DNA from: Akkermansia muciniphila ATCC BAA-835
Lineage (GTDB): Bacteria > Verrucomicrobiota > Verrucomicrobiia > Verrucomicrobiales > Akkermansiaceae
Length of the DNA: 32,000 nt
Reading direction: 5' to 3'
Assembly: GCF_000020225.1 (NCBI RefSeq)
Contig: NC_010655.1
Span: 30,001-62,000 of the forward strand
Of this stretch, positions 18,601 to 25,484 are shown one piece after another. Within the stretch, counting starts at the first letter, position 1; each line of letters begins with the position of its first letter. Under the pieces are notes generated by a model, which was not told the DNA's origin, did no database searches, and saw only the letters and a program-made list of their open reading frames with translations. Made by a program: the position numbers and the translations under genes.

Positions 18601-21467
18601 CCGTTGACAGTGGAGCTTCCCGTCACGACGTGGGGATCGCCCCCCTCCCCGCCCGGCACAGCCTCCGTCGTGCGGATCCCTTCTTCCGTGACCTCAACAG
18701 TATAGAGGATATCCTGCTGCCCGGTGCCGTAACGCCGCAATATTGTTCCGGAAGCACTTTTCCGGGTGATGAGGGTAGCGCCGGCGGGGGTGGTAACAGT
18801 TTCTACCAAGCCATCCCCGCTATAGGAGCGAACGGTGGAGCGCCCCAGAATATCGGTTTCTTTTACCAGACGCCCCAGCAAATCGTATTCCCGGCTTTCC
18901 ACCGTCGTCATTGGGCCTGTATCCCTGCGCAGGGAGGTAATTTTACCGAGGGCATCACGAGTGTAACTCGTGATGGTTTCCGGAGTGATCATGGTTTCCC
19001 CGTCTGCAATGGCTGAACGGATGGTTTCTGTCAGCTGGCGGGCCGTATTGTAGGAATAGGAAGTCGTCACGCCATTCTCATCCTTTTCCCATAAAGGGCC
19101 GCAACAGGTCATCATGCGCTCGTAAACGCGTCCATTGGCGCGGGTGCGCTTTACCCAACGGTTCTCAACATCATATTCATAAGAAGACGCATCCGTCATT
19201 GACCAAACACCATCGGCAAGCTGTACGTATTGCTCATAACGCATGTTATTGCCCTGGCCGGAAACGTAAGTAACCTTCCGTGAACTCAGGCCGGGCACGC
19301 ACGCACCCGCTATCCGCGTTTCCGCAGTCACCTTGTAAAGGGCTCCGTACTGGTCCGTCTCTTCATAAGCGTAATGCGTCTGAATTCCGCCCATGTCCTG
19401 TTTCATTTTCAAGCGTCCGCGGGCATAAACATTGGGAGCCGTGCCGAGCCAGGATTCCTTCACTTCCAGCCGTACATTTTCTTCCCCCAATGCGGTGGTG
19501 CGTTTTTCCACGCGCCGCACATGATTTTCCTCAATGTAAGTATAATCCGTTCGCCAGAGTTCCGCCGCAGTAGCCGTCAACGTCACCCATTGGGTGAGAA
19601 TATCCGGATCCGCCTGCGTCTGATCCCGATAAGTGGTGTAAGTGACTTTATCTCCAGCTTCCGCCCAGGGGACACTGGACACGATTTCACGCCCAAAACG
19701 GTCGTACGCCCATGTTTTGACACTTCCGTCAGGAGCAGTTTCCTTCGCGATTTTTCCCATGCCTGTGTACTCGTAGGTCGTCTCCCGGGCGTAATCCGTT
19801 CCGTAGCCTTCAATACGGCTGGTGCACAAATTGCCATTGCGGGTGACGGCATAAGTCTCACAGACACGGGAGATAGGGATACCGTTTTCCCCTCTCTGGA
19901 TGGTAGTGATGAGTTTCCACGTTCCGGGAGAGACAATCTGCTTTTCCTTCAGAGTGAAGATGGAATCTTCTCCTTCCCCCTGAGACATGTTCCATGCTCC
20001 GTCAGTTCCCTGCCAGTAGCGGGTGGTGAAGGGCGCGCGCCCGGCAGTTTGTTCGGTGACGGCAAGCCTGCCCGCTGCCGCGTCCCCGGTGATCGTGAAT
20101 GTTTTAAATGGGTCGCCCGTAACGGGATAAAGGCCGGTGGAGCTGTTTTTCCCATCCACCTGTTCGGGGAGGTAGAGGGCGATGCGATATCCGGATTCCG
20201 TAACATTTTCGATGTTGGCAAGCCCATCCCACAGGTTCCATATCTGCCGGATGCTTCCATCCGAAGCCCGCACGATATCCAGCTTTCCGTCAAATTCTTC
20301 TCTTGTGTAGGACGCGCCATTTTTAGCGGTGTAGCCGGTGGAGTATTTCAAGGAAGAGGCCACACCTGCGGTATAGTTAACAGTATTGCCCGCGGTTGAA
20401 CGGATACTGAGGCAGAATTCTCCCGCCTTTGCTGAGGAAGCGGACCTCCTCCCGAACCACGCAGACCCTCCGCGCTTGGCGGATCCCGCAATGGGGGCAA
20501 CACTGTCAACCCCGCTGCCGCCACCATCCGCGTAGCAGTAGTAATTAATGTCAGTTCCGCCGCTCCTGATTTGGAAAGCGGTATTCGCTCCAATTCCCGA
20601 TAGCGGCGCCGAAATGATTTCATGAGTCATCGGATGCCAGTAATGGAGCGCACGAGGGGACCAGAGTTCAGACGAGAATGTGTACCCTACTATGTCCAGC
20701 AACCCCTGCGGCAACCCCGTCATGCCCCGGAAAGAGCCAAAATTGGTACGCCAGACCATTTCCGTCTTGAGCGTCCGGGCGACCACGCGCCTGCCGGCAG
20801 CCGACGAACCATAAAGGGTGGAGGAACCGCGCACGCCGTGCGCCGAAGAGCTGCTGCTGCCGCCCTCATTGTTTTCACAGGTGCAGGGGGCCTCATCTTC
20901 ACCGTTATCCCCTTCTCCGTTGTCTTCCTCCGGACAGGGAGAACTGGAACTGCTTTGGGAGCCATTGCCGTCCCCCCCGCATTCACACGGCACGTCTTCT
21001 CCCTCATCTTCCGTACTCACAGGTTCCGGATAACCTTCATCCGGCTGATAGGAGGATGAAGAGGTGCCATCCGAGACCATGACTTCAATGGAATAATTAA
21101 GGATTGCCAGATTAGTCCATTCAGGAGGAACAGCAACGTTCTCATAAGTCATGTGTACACGGTGCGGTCCCGGTTCAATGGGAAAGCTCAAGCTTTTTTC
21201 CCTATAAGTGCCTCCATGGTATTTACCCTCCCCTGGAATGAAAATTCCTTCACCGTCAACGGTCAGAGTACCGTTATCATCTACCCCCAGCATTAAACGG
21301 CACTCTGCCGTTTCCCCCGGACCGAGCGGATCAACAATAATCCCCCAGTCCCAGCTGCCGCTAAACGCCCCGGCCTCCTTGTCAAACGGAGCCGGCCCAC
21401 CTCCGGACACTGTGAGAGCATTATCAGGCAGAGAATCCACATGATGCTGAAACTGCCGTTTTTTCAT
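15594..21467 (-). CDS. Rhs/YD-repeat polymorphic toxin protein with a C-terminal zincin-like metallopeptidase tip
   Basis: About 1957 aa. YD-type repeats run throughout, for example YEYTGMGKIAKETAPDGSVKTWAYDRFGREIV, YAYDAFGNRTRA, YAYDAAGHMVSL, WAYDAYGRLSSV, YSYDILGRPVTKK and YSYDNIGNRKTS. The Rhs-associated core end is YYNYRYYNPQNGRWISRDP...NNMPTLYSDELGL, followed by a 181-aa tail. The ORF-track start at 21476 is a TTG, so I use the first ATG at 21467 (MKKRQFQ...). Confidence 0.9.
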   Translation of the reverse strand: MKKRQFQHHVDSLPDNALTVSGGGPAPFDKEAGAFSGSWDWGIIVDPLGPGETAECRLMLGVDDNGTLTVDGEGIFIPGEGKYHGGTYREKSLSFPIEPGPHRVHMTYENVAVPPEWTNLAILNYSIEVMVSDGTSSSSYQPDEGYPEPVSTEDEGEDVPCECGGDGNGSQSSSSSPCPEEDNGEGDNGEDEAPCTCENNEGGSSSSSAHGVRGSSTLYGSSAAGRRVVARTLKTEMVWRTNFGSFRGMTGLPQGLLDIVGYTFSSELWSPRALHYWHPMTHEIISAPLSGIGANTAFQIRSGGTDINYYCYADGGGSGVDSVAPIAGSAKRGGSAWFGRRSASSAKAGEFCLSIRSTAGNTVNYTAGVASSLKYSTGYTAKNGASYTREEFDGKLDIVRASDGSIRQIWNLWDGLANIENVTESGYRIALYLPEQVDGKNSSTGLYPVTGDPFKTFTITGDAAAGRLAVTEQTAGRAPFTTRYWQGTDGAWNMSQGEGEDSIFTLKEKQIVSPGTWKLITTIQRGENGIPISRVCETYAVTRNGNLCTSRIEGYGTDYARETTYEYTGMGKIAKETAPDGSVKTWAYDRFGREIVSSVPWAEAGDKVTYTTYRDQTQADPDILTQWVTLTATAAELWRTDYTYIEENHVRRVEKRTTALGEENVRLEVKESWLGTAPNVYARGRLKMKQDMGGIQTHYAYEETDQYGALYKVTAETRIAGACVPGLSSRKVTYVSGQGNNMRYEQYVQLADGVWSMTDASSYEYDVENRWVKRTRANGRVYERMMTCCGPLWEKDENGVTTSYSYNTARQLTETIRSAIADGETMITPETITSYTRDALGKITSLRRDTGPMTTVESREYDLLGRLVKETDILGRSTVRSYSGDGLVETVTTPAGATLITRKSASGTILRRYGTGQQDILYTVEVTEEGIRTTEAVPGGEGGDPHVVTGSSTVNGFGDLVRVAAANTLNGENVRTLAYDNKGRLIREQLADMAPALYAYDAFGNRTRAIVALEDDPTILNSRITDYAYVTESREDGVYSLVSITSYTSSGTPVLQKRAALLSALSPVLAGKTVMTDSRGHDAVEWMEYGGGSVRLRKKTVPGVESVFLTRIVDGFTTAVTGFDGATVLRRRTYTETGITYADTDVRGNVFTSVCDIAGRIISGTDAAGNTTTYAYGQPFDLPTCVTNPLGKTACSFYDIRGRKEAEWGTAVQPAVYAYDAAGHMVSLSTFRVPGDVITTDPRLRTDGDITTWTYDIATGLVIRKTYADATHVDTVYDMLNRVAATTDARGTVASRSYAPLTGELVSITFNDDGFTPSISSLYNHLGQLTQIDDASGTRMFTYNQYNEQETETTAGLAASVLTLRRDGVGRPAGYCLDYAGSPALQTAWAYDAYGRLSSVSLNAVGKPFTYGYNEETGLLDTLDYPNTLKRWRTLEEKRDLPVKIDYLRPGSANYPAKTDYSYDILGRPVTKKDYFNAPAPDLTHTCAYDDRNELVSDAMSRGGTYSYSYDNIGNRKTSLEGTDSLPTTYVANRVNQYTDITEGEEAPFVPNYDADGNQTKLRTATGEWEASYNALNQAVSFIQGDRRIECVYDYLNRRVEKSVYEGESLMSRKRFIYHGYLQIAELDATEVLESVAPVLRKTYLWDPQEPVATRILAMGVFDETGAYVEDLYYTHDALKNTTALFGIKAGRRALYEYGPYGSAVKMEGNAAELNPFRFSSEYADDELGLVYYNYRYYNPQNGRWISRDPMTEKESYLLYGYVNNMPTLYSDELGLARTITTNKDDCSINVSLNIVIYPKGGDSINNIEMRTTAQRIKQSIESNWNGYEKGCCVVNVTADVSVQSRKSRWLYRFLNSDENNIEITSDSSHRSYVNGVGGRYGVWGSQAVPWVYAHEAGHLMGLSDDYQDVANSDGSLTSVPNAGHEGHIMGEYGGKANQHEIDAILKNIECPCDENQ
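15597..16139 (-). other. Rhs C-terminal toxin tip (181 aa after ...DELGL), a zincin-like metallopeptidase domain
   Basis: HEAGHLMGLSDDY (15747-15785) fits the pattern HExxHxxGxxD. A possible Met-turn lies about 30 aa downstream (GHIMG). There are five Cys residues (CSINV, GCCVV, ECPC). I cannot assign a family by eye. Confidence 0.7.
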
Positions 21468-21476
21468 GAAATCCAA

Positions 21477-21879
21477 ATAGTTAGATATTAAGGGACGAAT
21501 ATCGGGAAGCCAATGCTTCCCCGTATTTATTACTCTTTTCTATTTCAGGAAATAAAACAGAACAAGGATTTATTTTTGAATAATTGTTATTAATAAGAAT
21601 AAATTTCTATCAATTAACATTTTATAAAATATATATCTTTCTTGAAAATTCATAAGGGATAACCATGTGTTGACGCGTTTCCCAACTCCCGGCCATTCAC
21701 TGCCGGCCAGGATATCCCATCCGGAAGGTCTAAAAATTTCCCGGCCTCCATTAAGACAAACTCCGGCGGTTCTATCTGCATCATCCCTTCAACGAAAGGG
21801 TCTCCCGCCTGGTCGTCCAGATAAGGCCGGTGTCGGCACTTTCTTTACGCCGTCCCAATTCTCAACCCGGAATAAACCA
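21477..21879. promoter_or_regulatory. Divergent intergenic region between rhs (minus strand) and the gadC-like gene (plus strand)
   Basis: The first ~190 nt (21477-21665) are very AT-rich and must hold the rhs promoter. A 7-bp stem-loop, GGGAAGC-caat-GCTTCCC (21504-21521), sits in the rhs leader. The remaining ~215 nt (21666-21879) have normal composition and form the leader of the permease gene. Confidence 0.35.
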
Positions 21880-23448
21880 ATGAATAATACGACTCAACCA
21901 GGGGCTGCTCCAACAGGCCCCGCAACAACCAATAACGCTCCGGCGGTAAAATCCGTCCTCCGCATGGGAGTATTCACTCTCGCCATGATCAACGTTTCCG
22001 CCATTGTCAGCCTGCGCGGCATGCCTGCGGAAAGCACTTACGGACTGAGTTCCGTTTTTTATTACATTTTCGCCGCGGTATTCTTTCTGGTGCCTGTTTC
22101 CCTGGTCGCCGCGGAGCTTACTACCGGATGGCCCCAAAAGGGCGGCGTTTACCGCTGGGTAGGCGAGGCATTCGGGAAAAAATGGGGGTTCCTGGCCATC
22201 TGGCTGCAATGGATTGAGAGTACCATCTGGTTCCCTACCGTTCTGACATTCGCCGCCGTTTCCCTGGCTTTCATGGGGCCCGGACAAAGATGGGATGAAG
22301 CGCTTGCCGCCAATAAATGGTATGTTCTCATCGTGGTGCTGTGCGTGTACTGGGCGGCCACCCTGCTTAATCTGCGCGGCATGAAGACTTCCGCAGGCGT
22401 CACCAAATGGGGAACCATCATCGGAACCATTATTCCCGGAGCCATCCTGATCCTGCTGGGCCTGGGCTATTGGGCCGGCGGCAACCCGATCCTGCTGGAT
22501 ATGAGCTGGGACAAGCTGGTGCCGGACATGAGCAATTTCAACAACCTCGTTCTGGCAGCCAGCATCTTCCTGTTTTACGCGGGGATGGAAATGTCCGCCG
22601 TGCATGTGAAGGATGTGAATAATCCCGGACGCAATTATCCGCTGGCCATTCTGATTTCCGCCATCATTACGGTGCTTATTTTCGTTCTAGGCACGCTGGC
22701 CATCGGCTTCATCATTCCCAATTCCCAGATTAATCTGGTGCAGAGCCTGCTGATTACTTATGACAGCTATTTCAGCTTCTTCGGCCTCGGCTGGATGAAC
22801 TGGATTCTGGCGCTTGCGCTGGCCGTCGGCGTTCTGGCCCAGGTAACCGCATGGGTGGGAGGCCCCTCAAAAGGCCTGTACCAAGTGGGCCTGGCCGGCA
22901 ACCTTCCGCCTGTCATGCAGAAGCGGAACAAGAACAACGTCCAGATGGGCATCCTTTTTATCCAGGGGGGAATCGTCACCCTGCTTTCCATCATGTTTGT
23001 GATCATGCCTTCCGTGCAATCCGCCTACCAGATTATTTCCCAGCTGACCATCATTCTGTACCTCATCATGTACATGCTGATGTTCGCGTCAGGCATTTAC
23101 CTGCGCTACCGGGAACCGAATACGCCCCGTACTTTCCGCATTCCCGGCGGCAGAACCTTCGGCATGTGGATTGTCGGAGGGCTCGGCTTCCTGGCCAGCC
23201 TGGCGGCTTTCCTGGTGAGCTTCATCCCGCCTAACCAAATTACCGTAGGCAGCAGTACCATGTACATTCTCCTTCTGGTGGTGGGTACCTTCATTTTCGC
23301 GGGTATTCCCTTTATCATCCATGCCATGGCCAAACCCTCCTGGAAACGGCCGGTGGATCCCGAAGACGCCTTTGAACCCTTCGGATGGGAGAAAAACAAT
23401 GATTCCCATTCCGCAGCAACCCCTAGCCATTCCATATCCCATGAGTGA
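21880..23448 (+). CDS. gadC: APC-superfamily amino acid permease of the glutamate:GABA antiporter (GadC) family
   Basis: About 522 aa and polytopic. Four blocks match the E. coli GadC pattern as I recall it: [42 protein letters not shown], and RTFRIPGG...[10 protein letters not shown] prefer the ATG at 21880 (MNNTTQPG) over the upstream ORF-track start at 21667. Confidence 0.75.
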
Positions 23449-24382
23449 CATTCCTTCCAATGAACAGATCCGGACGGCCCTGGATAACGCATACGCCTAC
23501 GCCAAAACCGTCCAGGGAGGCAAAAACGCCTCGTACATTCCCGCCCTGGCCCAGGTGCCTTCCGACCTGCTGGCGATTGCCGTGGTCACCGTCAACGGAG
23601 ACCTGCTGACCGCAGGCTCCGCGGACGCGCCCTTCGCCATTGAATCCATTTCCAAGGCATTCAACCTGGCTTATGTCATGGATCTGATCGGCATGAAGCA
23701 GCTGCGCGCGAAAATCGGAGCGGACCCCACCGGGGAACCCTTCAATTCCGTAATGGCCATTGAGCTGCACGGCGGCAAGCCCCTCAATCCCCTGGTCAAC
23801 GCAGGGGCCATGGCGACGGTCAGCCTGGTCAACGGTTCGGATTCCGATGAAATATGGGGAAACATGATCCATAATTTCAATAACTTCGCCAACACGGCCC
23901 TGACTGTGAACCAGGAGATTTACAAGTCGGAAAGCGCTACCAACCAGCACAACCGCGGCATTGCCTGGCTGCTGGACAGCTACGGCTATTTTTACAATAC
24001 GCCGCCCATGATTGTGGATTTGTACACACGCATGTGTTCCCTGAATATCACCGCTTCCCAGCTGGCCCTGATGGGCGCCTGCTACGCCAACGGCGGAGTC
24101 AATCCCGTCAGCAAGAAGCGTGTGGTGAAAGAGGAGAACGTTCCCCCCATTTTGGCGGAAATGTGCATGTCAGGCCTTTATGATTCCACAGGGGACTGGA
24201 TGTACAAAGCCGGCCTTCCGGCCAAGTCCGGCGTGGGAGGCGGCCTGGTAGCCGTAGCTCCCGGCAAGCTGGCCATGGCGGCTTTTTCGCCTCCCCTGGA
24301 TCCCGCAGGGAATACCGTCAAGGGGCAGGCGGCACTTCAATCCATCATCAGGGAACTGAATCTAAACCTTTTCCGGAGTTGA
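23441..24382 (+). CDS. glsA: Glutaminase A
   Basis: 313 aa with several glutaminase blocks: [19 protein letters not shown] (catalytic Ser-x-x-Lys), [42 protein letters not shown], and [30 protein letters not shown]. The start ATG overlaps the permease stop (ATGAGTGA, 23441-23448). Confidence 0.9.
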
Positions 24383-24396
24383 TCCGGGATGAGAAG

Positions 24397-24441
24397 GTAA
24401 ACCCGCGGAGCCAAAATCCGAAAGGATTCCCGCGGGTTTAC
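24397..24441 (+). terminator. Long hairpin downstream of glsA; possible terminator or stabiliser without a clear U-tract
   Basis: A perfect 12-bp stem, GTAAACCCGCGG (24397-24408) with CCGCGGGTTTAC (24430-24441). It encloses a second helix, AATCC-GAAA-GGATT, capped by a GNRA tetraloop. No T-run follows, so its function is uncertain. Confidence 0.3.
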
Positions 24442-24610
24442 TGTATCCTGTCCAGCCCCCCGAGGCAGACCGCAGTTTCTCGACTGCGGATTTCAGCCAT
24501 AAAAAACAGCCTTCCGGCACAGTATGCTGAAAAACGGATATATCCGGCGGACAACGGCCGCATCGCCTGCGCCCCGGCAGCCGCAGACAACCTCTCCCCG
24601 GCGCCCCGCA

Positions 24611-25021
24611 TCAGCTCCTGTTTGAAAAGTTGCACAGCTGCATGGCTACGCCGTCTTCCATAACCCGGAAGCCGTGCTTCTCATAAAAAGCGGCGTTTCT
24701 GCTCTCCTCCGGCATGATTTCAAGATACAGGTAGTCCCTGTATTTTTCCTTAACCATTTCCACCATTTTTCCAGCAATCCCCCTGCCCTGATAAGCGGGA
24801 TGCACCAGAACATAATGCATGTAGGCAACCATCTCGCTGTCGTCCAGCACCCGCACCAGCCCTGCCAGGCGGTCACCGTCCCAAGCCGTAACAACAGTGG
24901 ACGAATTCATGAGAGCCTTGAACAGACGCCCCGGATATTGTCCGGAAATCCAGCCAACGGACAGGAACAATTCTTGAACATCTTCCCTGGAAAATTTCTT
25001 CTCTTCCGTAAAAACAATCAT
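24611..25021 (-). CDS. GNAT-family N-acetyltransferase
   Basis: 136 aa with the acetyl-CoA-binding motif VLVHPAYQGRGIAGKMV (the Q/R-x-x-G-x-G/A pattern) and a C-terminal FYEKHGF. Confidence 0.85.
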   Translation of the reverse strand: MIVFTEEKKFSREDVQELFLSVGWISGQYPGRLFKALMNSSTVVTAWDGDRLAGLVRVLDDSEMVAYMHYVLVHPAYQGRGIAGKMVEMVKEKYRDYLYLEIMPEESRNAAFYEKHGFRVMEDGVAMQLCNFSNRS

Positions 25022-25484
25022 TTTTTCTTTAATTAATTATTGATTATCCGCCTGTACCGTCACGGCCACACAACCGCCTGAGCGGGAAACGCCTTTCCCT
25101 CGGCCGGATTGACACCCTGTTTCAAGGTTTTATCTGCTCCCACCGCCGCAGTCAACACCGTCTTGTCCGAAGGTTTTAACCATTCCAAGGACATGGCGGA
25201 GCCTGTGATAAGAATGCGCGCGCCGGAAACAGGCAACCCTTTCCACAGTCAGCAGCTCGTCCGCACCTGCCTCCTCCGCTTCCGGGGAAGGAAGAGCCGC
25301 ACCAGGAACACACATCTTCTTTTCAGGGGAACGATACTCGAATACGGGAGACGGCATTTTTCCTGGAACCGATTCCCCAAAAACGGAAAACTCCGGGCCC
25401 AGGCTCATGACATTGTGAAAAACCTTTCTCCGTCATTTGTTTAAGGACTTGTCACCACGCTTCTTTTCCCTAGAATCCCCCGGT

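Larger units (their letters stand above)
13856..21665. other. Accessory segment (genomic islet) inserted next to tRNA-Gly, carrying the Rhs cassette
   Basis: Visibly AT-rich tracts bound it at both ends (13.86-16.29 kb and 21.48-21.66 kb) and lie between normal-composition housekeeping genes. Its content is entirely Rhs-related. No integrase or transposase is present. Confidence 0.5.

Noticed and set aside
16857-20399. Several plus-strand ORFs inside rhs (16857-17279, 17493-18320, 18630-19016, 19374-20399).
   Set aside because: They are antisense to a continuous 5.9-kb reading frame carrying dozens of YD repeats, and they show no independent start or RBS context or motifs.
21714-21723. An att-like direct repeat. 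ATCCCATC, followed closely by CG, occurs near the right islet boundary and also in the tRNA-Gly T-arm/acceptor region (13784-13797).
   Set aside because: Only 8 contiguous identical bases match before an indel, which is plausible by chance in a few hundred nucleotides. The site also lies about 50 nt inside normal-composition DNA rather than at the compositional boundary.
25022-25484. A glycine riboswitch upstream of the alanine/glycine:cation symporter.
   Set aside because: The region has a CGCCGGAAACAGGCAA stretch that superficially recalls the CACCGAAGGGGCAA core. However, the flanking CUCUGGAGAG and CUCAGGCAAAAGGAC elements and the tandem-aptamer layout are absent.
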